Below the pieces are notes generated by a model. The model was given only the letters and a program-made list of their open reading frames with translations, made no database searches and had not been told where the DNA came from. Below are positions 23,015-36,500 of a stretch of DNA of 64,000 nucleotides, piece by piece. Position 1 is the stretch's first letter; each line of letters begins with the position of its first letter. Position numbers and translations under genes: made by a program. This DNA is from Azolla caroliniana (taxonomy: Eukaryota > Plantae > Polypodiophyta), in the NCBI GenBank assembly GCA_043228905.1, contig JBHGNT010000003.1, positions 62,001-126,000 of the forward strand, given 5' to 3'.

Positions 23015-24740
23015 CCGCACTTTGGTTTTGTCCTCCTGGTTGATCACCCATCCGATTCCAGTCGGACTCATGTCAACTGTTACAAAAACCGGAGTGTCCA
23101 CCTTGTATACCACTTTTCAGAGAGTTGGTGCCGTTCTCAGCATCTCCTTCAATCTCCGAAACGCCTTTGTGTGTTGTCTTGTCCATTCGAACTTCCTCCC
23201 TTTCTTCAATAAGCCATGGAGTGGCTTGACGATGTGCGTGTATTGTGGAATCCATATGTGGTAGAAGGTGCATGCTCCCAAGAATCTTTGGACTTCCATG
23301 ACCGACGTGCACTCTTCCTTAATCACTAAGATGACCTCTATCTTTGCCAGAGACAGTTTTTGACCGTAAGGTTCGCATAGGTGTCTGACCACGAAGATTT
23401 CTGATTGTCTGAACGCCGACTTCTCCCTAGAGAAGGTACGTCGAGCGCCCTCAAGCCTCTGTAGTACCTTCCCACAATCAAAGATGTCGTCTGCGACAAT
23501 CTTTGAACATCCGTCCGCCCCAACCGATTTGTCATTCGCGTCCTCTGAACATCCCTTCATCGGAATGTTGTCTAGAAACGGCATGGTGATGTCTAGTGTT
23601 ACGGGCATGACCATATAATATCCCATGGTGAGAAGTTACCGTAGTATTCTATACACGTGGATAAGTGTGAGGGTTATCCACGTGTATAGAATACTACGGT
23701 AAATTCTCACCACGGGATATTATATGGTCATGCCCGTAACATCTAGGATGCAGTCCCTCAACATCTTGTTCATCGCATTCACCTTGTGCACCACTGAATT
23801 TGTTCCAGCCTGCGGTAGAGTACACATTCGACCTAGGTCGAGAGGAGTTCGTATCATCGTGATATCCCTACTCTCCATGGCTAGCTGGAACTGGTCATAC
23901 CCAGAGTATAAATCGTTGACTGAGTATATTGACCTTCCGGCGAAGGCCTCCGCAAACTCATCAATTGTTAGCCCGACCCTTCCATTCCGAATGGTCACTT
24001 TGTTGACCGGCTCGAGGTCCTAGATGAAGTGCAATGTGCCGTTCTTCTTTGGCATTGTGAGCCACTGATTCAAATAAGGGACACTGGACGGCTTGAGAAT
24101 CTCTATATCAACCTTCTCCTTCAACAACTCCATCAACTTCGGGATGTGAGCTCTCAGCACCGGAATCGGTTTGAGGCTCCACGATACATGCGGAACCGTG
24201 AAGATCACCATCGGTTCTACAATCATTGGGTTCTACAATCATTGGCTCCCCCAACGTGAATGCAAACGCTTTCCCGTGCCTTTTGAGCATCCTCCAAAAC
24301 CAGTCTTCCTCCACCGGCAGTAGAAAGCCAGCCCCATCGATCTTGAGCTTCCGCAACGTCTCCACTGTGACCTAGTGTCCTATGTAGATTGGATCTCGTA
24401 GACTTCGGTGGGTCACAACCCCCCTTTATACACTCCCATCGGCCCTATGATAAGGGTGCCATGACTAGCCTCACCTTCCGGTCCACAGTCTTGTCCTTCG
24501 TGTCGACTGGGGTAGTCCGATCCAACACAACCCTCCGACCGAAGTTCGCGATGACTTCGTACATCTCTACTGAATTGACCGGTTTAGGTCGGTCTTCACT
24601 AAGGTCCCAACAAATCACCCTCTTAATCTCTCCGAGGGTGTCATCGAACGAGACCGCCACCATGGCATAACTGATCACTTCGTCGAGGCCCAAGGCTTCG
24701 CATGCCTTCAAGCGCCCTTCAACCTGCTTCTTTTTCCCCT
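23015..24740 (-). pseudogene. pol: Gypsy RT/RNase H fragment (Trp-primed family)
   Basis: ORFs 24020-24226, 23720-23998 (DLYSGYDQFQL) and 23117-23626 (ITMPFLDNIP, EVQRFLGACTFYHIWIP) match 3241-4095. Confidence 0.92.
23597..23741. mobile_element. 145-bp palindromic mini-element of two inverted LTR U3 ends, 5-bp TSD
   Basis: 68-bp arms (66/68 complementary), 9-nt loop, TG...CA ends, TSD TCTAG on both sides; arms match the 20850 end of the solo LTR. Confidence 0.92.
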
Positions 24741-25357
24741 AGGGACTCCACTATATATAAAGAGGTTGTATCATATGGGTTTACGACATCTTTTATAAAC
24801 CCCTTATATGTATATTATTTACTATTTTAGATACCTTCTATAAAAAAATGGTTAATAAAAATACCCCTTAGTGCCAATATATATTTTAACAACAATCAGT
24901 ATGTGTGTGTATGCGTTATGTGTGTGTGTGTTCATATGTATGTATGTCCCGAGGGCTTCATTGTGAAAACTTGTGTGATGGTACATGAGTTCATCAAAAG
25001 GGGTTTAAATTAACAATAAAAGTACAGAATGTATATATATAAGGGTATTAACAAATGCATAAAAAATATATTTATATAAGGGTATTATCAATTATGCTAT
25101 AGAAAAAAATTACATAAGCCCATGAAATATTAGATATTTCAATGAGATAATAAAGAATATATTCAGCAAACAATAGTCAAATTTGGAGTGGCATACATAC
25201 ATACACACATATACATGCATACATGCATATATGTACCTACATTTAAACATTACATGCATACAGACTAAACATGAATATATATACAAATATATATTATCAT
25301 ATCTAGATATTTACATACACATACATAAATACAAATATGTAAAGGCATACATGCTAC

Positions 25358-25988
25358 CATAGATTGACACATGCGTCATATTCGTGATATTCTCCATGCG
25401 TAGTATTCTCAATATTCGAGAATACAAAATGGCCCCAAGAATATTAAAAAACCATTTGTTTTGTAAAATAAATATAAAAAATTATTTATTTATTTAAATA
25501 AAAGTATTTCACCAAAATCACAATTATTCATTAATAGATTATAGTGTCAAGAGAGTTTATGAAACTTATTTTAATTAATTAATTTTTTAAAAACGAATAT
25601 TTTTATATTTATTATACAAATATGATTAGTATGAACTTTGAAGATATGATTAGTTTGAAGTACCATTTTTAATGTCAAGATAAAAATATCCATAAATTTT
25701 GAGCAAATAAAAGGTGAGGAATTAATGAGCCTTTATTTTATTTTATTTATTTATTAAAAATAAAACGACTATACATTTATTATAAAAATTTAGTACTCTC
25801 AAGTCCCCAAAGTCCCTCTTTTATTATCCCTATTTATTGTTAAGTTCCTTTTTTTTTATCTTAAGAAAATTATTATTATTATTATTTTGGGGGGGTGGGG
25901 GTTAAACGAATACTTGACTACCCATTCGTATTCGTATTCATTTACATTCGAATGGAAAACACCACGAATGGGAATATGTCAATATATG
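25358..25988. mobile_element. hAT-type MITE (631 bp)
   Basis: TIR CATAGATTGACA / TGTCAATATATG (11/12), perfect 8-bp TSD CATGCTAC, subterminal ATTCG repeats, AT-rich core. Confidence 0.85.
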
Positions 25989-26110
25989 CATGCTACATAC
26001 ATATTATAATAAGCCATATGTATTGATAGATAATAATAAATGCATAAAAATTACATATTACATATCATATAATCCATTCATATTACACAATATACAAATT
26101 TACATACACA

Positions 26111-29100
26111 TTTTTGTTTTCTTTTTTTTTCCTGGAAAATATCCTTTCATTAGTTATGAACAATTATTACAATAAAGTTGACCTACCATCAAGCTACCAT
26201 TGATATGTTGCATTCTTCCTTAGGTCCCATCCCTCAAGGATAAATCGTATGAACACTCCACCACTCCTTAACGAAGTTATGTGATTGATGTTGGGAACAA
26301 CCGTACTGGTGGTGCTAAGCACCATTTGGGTCTTGAATTTTGTAATGTGAGAAACGAGGCCTTCTTCCAATAGGCAATAAATTCGAGGCATGGCAACATT
26401 GCAGCATCTCTCTCACCTTCAATATCCTCATACCGCCCTTTCAAGGTATGCACAATCTGCATCCAGACATTCCGTATTACAGTTTCCACTGGCTGAACAG
26501 TAATATTACGAAACACCTTAGAACACCTAACAGTCCAAATAAACCACATTGTGGTGGTGCATAGTAGCTCCCATACTTCTTGCATTGCCTTTAACATGTA
26601 AGGAGATTCCATATGACTTCGTTGCACCACCATTATCATTCCTCTTTGAATTCTAATAATCGTGTCATTTGGACATGCCTCATATGGCCAAATCATTCGT
26701 GTCATTATAGCCCATACTACCATACCCCACGAAAAATTGCAATCCCTAAACATAAAGGCTAGAACTCAAAACACTTGTCTCCAAACTTGTTGTGAAATAT
26801 GACATTCCCACAAGCAATGTTTCAATGTCTCCATCTGACAAGTACAATAGATGCATGCGGTCGGCCCAACTGATTGTTGTATCCACTGGCCAACTGGTAA
26901 TGCTCTATGTATTACTAGCCATTGGAAGACATTTATTTTCATATCTTGCTTCCTTTTCCATAATGTTCTCCAAAACTTTGCTAGGAATTTGGATGTGATC
27001 CCTTGATGGGTCCAAAATTGACTAGCTCGTGGTGTAGTCCTACGTTGAGCTACCAAAATGTGTCTTCCAATCTTAACTGAGTACTGAAAAAAGCCACACC
27101 TTTTTTCCACACGATCAAACGGATCTTTCCACCAAAATTCTCTCGGATCCCATTGCAACCTTATCAAAGGTTTCTTTTCAAAAACTCTCAATTTCCAATG
27201 CTCCTTGACTGCATCAACTTGTGGGTCGATGATTCACTTAGATCCGTCATAAGCAAGGATCCTTATTTTAGAGAATGTAGCATATTGCAAGATCTTTGGT
27301 TGTATCGTTGCTCTACATATACTGCCATCTTCCTCCACATCATAGTCTTGACATCGTCCGCAAGACAAATGTCCCCTTACCCCCACTAGCACTTGAAGCC
27401 TCGTAAATGCCCCTTCCCACTTGGGAGGATTAAAGGACCATAACATAGAGGCTAAGTGCACCAAAACCGACTGCACCTGGTCCTACATAATCTGCCCCCC
27501 TCTCGAGGAAAAAAATTCTAATCTGTCATTTATATTCAGAGTATGAAAGGATTTCCATGCATCAACGGACGCTACTGGCCGTACATCAAGCTTGGCCCAA
27601 TCCAATCTCATACGGGACCCCAACATGTGCCCTGAGGGCAAACGAATATTCGGATTCCACACTAAGTTTTGTCTCGAGTATTCCTCCTCACATGTTTGTA
27701 CACCATGTCCCACCCTTTATGTACATGCTCCCATGCTCTTAGAAGACCATTAAAAAATTTGTCTTCCCAATTCCTAGTCATAACATGTTTCTTGTTTGGT
27801 ATAAAGATCCATCTTATGCTATCAGTCCATAATCCACCCATCGGTGGAGCACAACGATGCAATCTTTGCATAAACAATTGCTTCCAAGGGGCATGCCCTG
27901 GTAAAAGGCCACGAACTATTATCTTTGCTAACAAGGCCATGCATTGGTCTAATGGATCTATAATTCCCAGACCACCATATTGCTTCAGGTTATCAGTGTA
28001 CTCCAAGCTACCTTCGCTCTTACATGACTCTTATCCTCCCCAACCCATATAAAATTCCTAACCAGCCTTCGAATTTGTCAAATGCACGATTTTGAAAAGA
28101 TCCAAGATGAAGCTATATACCACACCATAGATAGTAGCACATGGTTGGCAACTATCATTCTCCCGGCCAAAGATAGTTTAGCATGGCTCCACAAGAATAA
28201 CTTTTTCTTCAAAGTTAATAATAATGGTGCGGCATGTAGTTCTGGGACCAAATTAATCCCAACCTGCACTCCAAGATATCAAACCGCAACTCCTCTTTGA
28301 GTCCATTGGAAAGTATGATGTGGTGTCCAACAAGTTAGCGGTTCTTTGCTCACCCAAAATGCAAAAGTTTTCTCCCAATTTAACTTAGCTCCAGATGCTA
28401 TACAAAACTATGACAAAGCCCCTTCTACTTGTTGCAAATTCGTTAGAGTCCCATTCACATATAATGCAGTATCATCTGCAAATTCCAAGTCCAATATATC
28501 TTGCCCATGCATTAGCATCGCCAAACCACGCAAGCCTATAGATTGCAATGATATAAATACATGCATTGCTGGCAACTCTGTCCAATATATAGTATCATTT
28601 GCAAACAAAAGGAACAAAAATGGTGCGAGCGGACATCCTTGGCGGACGGAACGAGTAATGTTAAATCGAGGTCCTACTCCACCTGCCAACAACACCTGAC
28701 TATGTGCATTTCTATAAAGATACGAAACACCCTTAATCCATGCCGTGTTGAAGCCCAAGTGATGTATAGTACCTTCCAAAAAATTGCAGTCAACCCTATC
28801 ATACAGTTTCTCAAAATCTAAAAGCAACATAACTAGGTTTTGTTTGTTTTTAACCGCTATTGCAGTGACCTCCCAAAATGTAAACACATAATCCATAATA
28901 CTCCTTTCCCTCATAAAACCAGTTTGCAATACATGAATTATATTTGGTAGTACCTCTTGTAATCAAGAACTAAGCAACTTAGCAAATATTTTATAACTAA
29001 TATTCAAGAGGATGATTGGCCTCCACTTACGAATATCTTCTGAAACCCCTTCTGTTTTAGGTATAAGATAAATAAGTCCCTCAGATAACGACATGGACAT

Positions 29101-30212
29101 CTCTCCACTTTCAAACATATGTTGGTAACCATCTTTTAAGTCTTTCTTCAGTATCCCCCAATATTTCTTATAGAATTTAGGTGTAAGTCCATCCACTCCA
29201 AGACAACTATTGTCCGATAAAGAGTGTAGTGCTTGTTCCAATTCCAATTCTGTAATAGGTGACATCAATGAATCTTGCGTTGCTTGAGTAACCTTGGGTT
29301 GAATTTCCGCCCATACCTTCATTCTATTTTGTCTGATATCTTCAGAAATAGGCTCTTCTGAATAAAGGGTAGCATAGAATTTGGTGGCAATTTCCCTCAC
29401 AACATTTGGTTCCATTTCAAGTTCGCCATTTTCATTCCGTAGGCAACAGGTTACATTAGAGACTATCTTGGAGCCTTTAATATTAAAAAATTGGCTTGTA
29501 CATCTATCCCCAATTTGCGTTCATCTTGAAGCTGAATTGTGATACCGAAATTGACTACAACATTCTTCCATATGTTGAACTTGTTTTCAGGCTTCTTCAA
29601 GATGCAAAGCTACCCATGCATAATCTAGCTGACCTTGTTGCAATCTTTGCAAAGATATCAACCTTGCCCTCATCCTTCTTTCCTTCTTCTGATATTCCAT
29701 ATATTCAGATCTTGATTTTAACGCAAAATATTGTGATATCTCCTTCAAAGCACAAGCCACTTTGATTGTAATGGAAACATCCATATTATCTTTGTTCCGC
29801 CAAATATCTGGCACATGATTATACCACCTATCATCTAAGGTTACTTTTTCGGGTATCCTAAATAGTATGGACTCCCTTTTATATTAACCAAAGGTTCTCA
29901 ATATAACATGAGCATGATTAGAGAAAGTTGTTCCTGGCATAATAATGATATTTCCCCCATTTAAGACAAAGGCCTCCCCCACATAAAATCTATCCAATCT
30001 TCAAAAATTGGTTCTAGCAATTATCCTATCAAAACGTGAGAAACTTAAGGAATCCTAAGCTCTAGAAACATTCGGCATATGACATGCATCAAATACTCAA
30101 TTTCAAACACATTCGTTCCCATATTGCTAGTTCCTCCCCATCAATTGTTGCCACACTCCCTCCTTTCCTATCCTCTGGTTCCTCAAGCATATTAAAATCC
30201 CCTGCAACACAC
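26111..30212 (-). mobile_element. L1-like LINE ORF2 pseudogene (endonuclease C-terminus, RT, zf-RVT) with poly(A) tail
   Basis: CVAGDFNMLEE, WRPIILLNISYKIFAK, LLLDFEKLYDRVD, VRQGCPLAPFLF, EFADDT, CIYC..ETLKHCLWEC; T-run 26111-26130; interrupted at 30213 by an LTR. Confidence 0.93.
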
Positions 30213-31316
30213 TTTTATTGGGGTGGGGGGTGAAGCCTAGAATGGCTTCACCCCCCTCCCAAGGGGGTTACAATAAAGAGAGAGCTAGAGAGAAAGACAA
30301 ATACAAAATGACACCAAATGAGAGGGGGGAAAACTATATCTCATTACATGCCCCATAACGGGTTTATATAATACATAATGTAACGGTAAATAATATGTCC
30401 GTTACAAAAAGAGACTGTTACATTCTTGTCACATGCACATAATTGTCCATGTGCTCAGACATACTCATCCTCACACTCATATACATTACACATATCGAAC
30501 AACCCCTTTAACGTGTTTTACCCTTATACCGCCCCGTACAACTCCTACGGGTAACACATGGCACACCTGTGGGACAGTGCATCACACGGTGAACCCCCTC
30601 GCCATAGCAACTATTAACGACCGGAACTCCATCGCTCGTCTCAACGGTCAGAAATCCATCGACCGAATCATAGCTCTACGATCAATAACTTCGATCGGAG
30701 CATTGCTTGACTCGAACCTTCTCGTTCGGTCAGCATGTTGCTCAATTGGATCACACACCAATTGGCTCCTCCATTGCGGCATGGGCCTTTCATGATTTTG
30801 TTACATGTATGTGTATTTTTTGATTTCTTCATGTGAATTGAGCTTTGTATTTTGTACCCCTGGTCTCTAAAATTTTTACCCTCAAGTTTGTTTTTTGTTT
30901 TTTTTTTAGGCCCTTGAGTTTTCTAAATTTTACATTCTGCCCTCTATTTTTTGAAATCTCACGTCATGCCCTTGAGCTTCTGAAATTTTCTCTTCATACC
31001 CCTCTTCTCTTTCTTCGTTTCCTTCTGTCTCCTCTTTTTCTTCTTCTACATTCTTCTCTTCTTCTGCTTCTTCTTCCTCCTCTTCATTTCTTCATGTTTG
31101 TCTTCTCTTGGCCTCCTCTCTCCTTCTATCCGGTGGCCGTCTCCACCCACCAGCTCTGTCCACTGGCTGTTTGGTTCTCTCGGCCGCCTCTCTGTCTGTC
31201 CACCGCCATCGGTTGTCGCCGTATCTCGGTAGGCTCTTGGTTGACGCTAATCTCTCAGCCGATTCTCGGCCCAACCTTCTCTCGGCCATCACTTGGTCGT
31301 ACTCTCGGTCGCGCGT
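30213..31316 (-). mobile_element. Non-coding LTR element, copy 1 (3' LTR 30213-30556 plus 3' internal region)
   Basis: LTR is the reverse complement of 36130-36481; plus-strand TGGCACACCTGTGGGAC at 30559-30575; internal part matches 62230-62770 and the reverse complement of ~37690-37900. Confidence 0.85.
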
Positions 31317-33595
31317 TGTCGTGAAAATCCGTCACTATGTGCGGATCGTGAGACGGAACCACCGGGTTTCTGGACTGGAAGGATTTAGTGCAACACGTAC
31401 AACACAAGCAATTCACATATAAGATGAGTAGATGAGAGAAAACGTTAGTTTATTGCATAAGAAAATAGATTCTTTTATAATTCAAGAATCTTGTTACAAC
31501 GGGTTGGAGATGAAAATGAGAGCCAACAACCATATAAGGAGTGGTCCAATATGAATATGAGAGATAATCTTTGACAAGAAAGATTGAGCCCGCCAAGCCA
31601 AGAGTTTGATATCAATATGAGAGAAAATTTGTTCCCCAAGGAATAGGAGAGAGAAGAAGAAGGGAAAAAAAAGTAGAGGGAAAAAATGAAACATATATCG
31701 AGCTCTTTCTTGATCCCACTTCCCAATGTTACTTTGCATGTCCACTTTTAGTTGCATGGTCTCTATTTTTAGTTGCATGCTTCCATTTTTAGTCGCATGC
31801 CTTTTACTTTTAGCTGCATGGCCTTGGCTTTTAGTTGCATGCGATCGTCCGTATAATTCGGCCAAATGCCCCAATCATCCACAAGTTTAGTCCGTGCGCA
31901 ATCCGTATGTGCGTCACAACCAAACCGTAGACGCGTCCGCGCGCAAAAGTCCCGACCACAAAGTGTATGCCGCACAAATGTCTCGACCACGGAGTGTACG
32001 CATCCACGCACGTTGTCGTGAAGTACAAAAGCTTCACATTAAAAGTCTACAATAAGATAAATACGTAACTAAAATAACATTTGATAATGTTTTATATATA
32101 AAGATAATATTAACAACACATATCATAATATTAGATATATATGTAAAGAAAAATAATATATATATATCTAGATAAATATATTATATTATACAAACAAGAG
32201 AGGACTTGAACCAATAACCCCACCCTATGACTCTCAAATCTTACCATTTACTCTATACTAGTAATATACATAAAATAAAACATACTTTATATATACTATA
32301 TATTACATAAAGGATTTGCTTCATGATATAAAAATAAAGTTGTATGTTGTATTCAATAGTATTTTGAGACTCAAACCCACGACCTCATACACCAAAGTCA
32401 ACACACCTACCATTAGGCTAGGTCCTTTCTCTTTAAAATTATATTTTCATGTTGATTGTTATTGCATATATTGTTTCATACATAAAAGCTCAAATGACCG
32501 AGATGTTTATCATGCATCACATGTAATGCATGAACGCCAAATGGTGATCATGCATCACATGCATGTCTTGTACCCTCCAATGCATCATATGCATGGGGGC
32601 AACTATTTAAAGGGTGAAAGAGGAGATCAAAGGGGGAGAGGTATGAGATATCAATCAAATTATGTATTACATAAGAGATACCACAAAAATAGATAAAGAA
32701 GGGAAGAAGTTTAACATAAAGGTGGAGCTCTAGCTTGGCGGTCGTGGTGGTCAACTCTCAACAAGAGGGAGGCGGTTCGAGCCTTATCTTCATCAAAATA
32801 TTGAAATGAAGATTGTAGTGGTCTACGATCAAGAAAGAGAAGAGCGATTTCCGATTACCTTGCAAGACAAAGTTCGGAGGTTCAACGACGTGCACAATCA
32901 TTTTGTAACTCTTTCATGAAAATGATTATAAATTTCATACACTTTCTCATATATTATTTTGTATCTTATCTTGTCTTATCTTATATTCCTTAAAAAACCT
33001 ATTTTGTCATATCTTATTGATCTCTATTCACTCCATCTCTACTCTGTCGTCTCTTCCGTCCATAATCCCAGTGATTCCTTCCTCACTTTCACGTTATCCT
33101 TTATGTGCGCATCGGTACGCTTCTAGGCGAGCCACATCACGACAACGCGCGCGTCCCGACCGCACTGTGTACACATCCACACACGCGCTTCCCGACCGCA
33201 CCGTGTACACATCCGCACGCTCGTCCGCACAAACGCATACGTCCGAAAAGTCCAAGCGGCCATGGACACGCGCGTACGCCCGAAGCGTCCACACGGCCGT
33301 GCACACCACACAGTGTAGCCCAAGTCACCTTAAACATTTTGTGCTCCACAAATTGATATAATAAATATGATTTGATATATCAAGTCACAGTGTTTTGGTT
33401 TCCCTTATATATCCTGGGTTCCAATGTTGTCCTATCTATGTGGGATATCTCACAATTTTGTCTTTTCTTGTTTTCTTCAAACTTCACACTCACGTAACTT
33501 GATACTTGTTTATTCGTTTCATGCATAGTAAAATACGTTATGAAGCTCTTGAAGACATCTATCTTTCCATATCATGTGTGAAAAACCACACGACA
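31317..33595 (-). repeat. Large, probably recombinant solo LTR of the Trp-primed Gypsy group with internal tandem repeats and AT-rich insert
   Basis: TGTCGTG...CACGACA termini; 33437-33574 homologous to 22817-22951; different host elements on either side. Confidence 0.7.
32721..32795 (+). other. Degenerate tRNA-like / SINE-head sequence
   Basis: A-box-like TAGCTTGGCGG, B-box GGTTCGAGCC, GGTGGAG/CTTCATC end pairing; no proper cloverleaf. Confidence 0.3.
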
Positions 33596-36500
33596 CCGTC
33601 ACATACTAGGCATGAGGATCGAGTGAAATCCGACAACCAAGACTCTCCGACTCTCCCAGTCCGACTATATCCGGAAGGTGCTAAGGCGCTTCAACATGTA
33701 GATTGCGAAGCCAACACCAACACCACTTCCGTCGTCGATCCCACTATCGAACAAAGAATCTCCTTAGACAAACAAGGAGAGAGACCTTAATGGAAAGATT
33801 CTGTAAAAGAATACGTTGTGCGGAAGCGTGTGCGAAACACAGAGTACACAGTTTTGAAAACATCAGAAAACACAGAGATGGAGAGGGAGAGGGAGAGACA
33901 GAGAGAGAGGAGACAACTCAGTTATATTTCAAAATAATGATTCTTTTTGTATACACCATGCTCAGTGAGCACCTTTTCTACAAGCCCTGACAATCGGGCT
34001 GACACAAGTACTGACAGTACTTGACTGCTCATAAATGAGCCTACTACACTAACTCCCAAAATTATTCCATACAAGGAATACCATACTAACAGCATCGTGG
34101 TTTACGCACCGCTACGGCTACATTATGCATAATATTTCACGCACCTAGTCTACGCACTGGGTTATGCACCATATTACGTACCCAATGTTGAGCTTGTCGC
34201 TCAACACTCCCCCTCAAGCTCAACTTGAGGTTCTGTCCTCTTTTCCAGATCTACGCTCTGGTTCCTTCTCGCTTGCGCTCCTTGACCCGTTCGATTCCGC
34301 ACGCTTCGACCCTTCTGATTGGCTTGTCTGCTTGTTCGGCCCTTCTCATCTCCCTTCCTGTCATGGTGTTGGTGCGCCCTTCGCTGCCCCTTTCTCCGCT
34401 TGGCCTTCAATCGATTCGTAGTAACTGAATCGAACATTTCGATTGAATCGAGCGTTCCTGATTGAATTCCGCTTTCATCTGAATTGGGTGTCTCCAATTC
34501 GTCTTCGGTCTTTAGGCCTTTGACAATGTCAGACCATGTCTTGGTCTTGGCCTTTACGCCCTTCTTGGCTACATCTCCCCCTGATTTGGCTGTCCTCGGC
34601 TCTTCCCTATGATTGCGGCCCTTGCTGTCTTCTCCGGCTTCTTCAGCAGGTCTGAAATCGAATTCTTCATCTGATTCCTCATCACGGTCACTTCCTCCGT
34701 GATGACCACCTCCGTTCCTTTCACGCTCGTGTTCCTGTTCGTCTTCCTTTCTCCCCCTCAAGTTCGGCGTGTCAAGGTGTAACCCTAGCTCACCCGAGAA
34801 CTGCCGTAACTTGTCGAGACCAAGAGGCTTGGTGAAGATGTCGACAACCTGCCGATCCATCGGAACATACGCTAGTTCGACTTCACGTGAGAGGACCCGC
34901 TCGAGGACAAAATGGTAATGCACCTCAATGTGCTTCATCCAAGCGTGGGACACGGGATTTTTCGCAAGGTGCATACTGTTGAGGTTGTCACAAAAGATCT
35001 TTGTCGGATCAGACACCTCTACATGCAGATCCCGTAATAGCCGTTTTAGCCAAATGACTTCGCATGTAGCAACAGTCGCCCCTCAATATTTGGCCTTTGT
35101 GCTCGACAATGCTACTGTCGGCTGCTTCTTACTGTTCCACGCAATCGCCACACTTCCTAGAGAGAATGCGTATCCAGATGTGGATCGATGATCGTGGGTG
35201 TTTCCGGACCAATAGGCATCCGTGTAGCCGACTAACTGTTTGGCTACGCCTGCCCGATAAGACAACGCCATGTCTTTCGTGTCGCTGACATAACGCAGTA
35301 TCTGTTGCACGCACTGAAAGTGTTCGGCCGTAGGCTGCGACATAAATTGACTGATTAAGCGAACTGGGTAGCTGAGATCCAGCCGAGTAATCGTCAAATA
35401 GATGAGGCTTCCGACAATTTGTCGAAACCGTGTTGGGTCGCACGCCTTTCCCAAATACCCATGCGAACGACGTTGGTCATGCTCGATTTCACGGGCCAGA
35501 TGGCGGATAGTCATCGACCAAGTTCTTCGGTGAAGCTTTACGTTTCTGTTGAGAGGGGTCGAGATGGGCTTACAAGTTGTCATCCCGAACTTGAAGAGCA
35601 TATTCAGCACGTAATGACGCTAGCTGATCAATATGCCTTTGAGGGTATGGATCACTTCGATCCCGAGGAATTAATGAAGGTCTCCGAGAACCTTCATTTC
35701 GAATGATGTCGCAAGCTAACACTTCACGTGGCGGATTTCATCAAGATCGGCACCGGCAATGACTAAATCATCTACGTACAAGAGGAGGCTGACCAGTCCA
35801 GATTGACCTTGCCGAACAAATAGAGAAGAGTCTAATTTCGACCGCACAAACCCCATCCTACGCAACTGTTGCGTAATTTTTGCGTTCCAAGCTCACGGGG
35901 CATGCAATGTCCGTACAGTGACTTCTTCGGTCGGCAAAATGCCAAGGTCTTTCGTTCGGATAGAAATCCGAGGGGTTGTACCATGTACACCTCTTCCGCA
36001 AGATCACCTTGCAGGAACGCGTTCTTTACATCCATCTAATGTAAGTGTCACCCCTTCACCGCAGCTACCGCTAGTAGAACACGCACGGTAGTCATTTCGC
36101 GACAGGCGCGAAGGTCTCATCATAGTCCATGTTACCCGTAAGAATATACGGGGAGGTATAAGGGTATGTGTAATGATGTGGTTGATGTATATGTGTATGT
36201 GTAAAGTAAATGAGTGTGTGACGATGAGTATGTGTATGGACACATGAACAACTATGTGCATGTGTACAGGAATGTGAAACGGTCTTATTTATAACGGTCA
36301 TGTAACCGTTATATTAGATGTATTATATAAACCCCCTATGGGGTATGTAATGAGATATACATTTTCCCCCTCTCATCTTGTGTAATTTTCAATTTTTCTA
36401 TCTCTCTTGCTCTCTCACTATCGTAACCCCCTTGGGAGGGGGGTGAAGCCATTCTAGGCTTCACCCCCCACCCCAACAACACTTTTGGCACGCCCCAACG

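Noticed and set aside
32721-32795. Functional tRNA gene
   Set aside because: A-box spacing is off and D and anticodon arms do not form properly; kept only as a relic.
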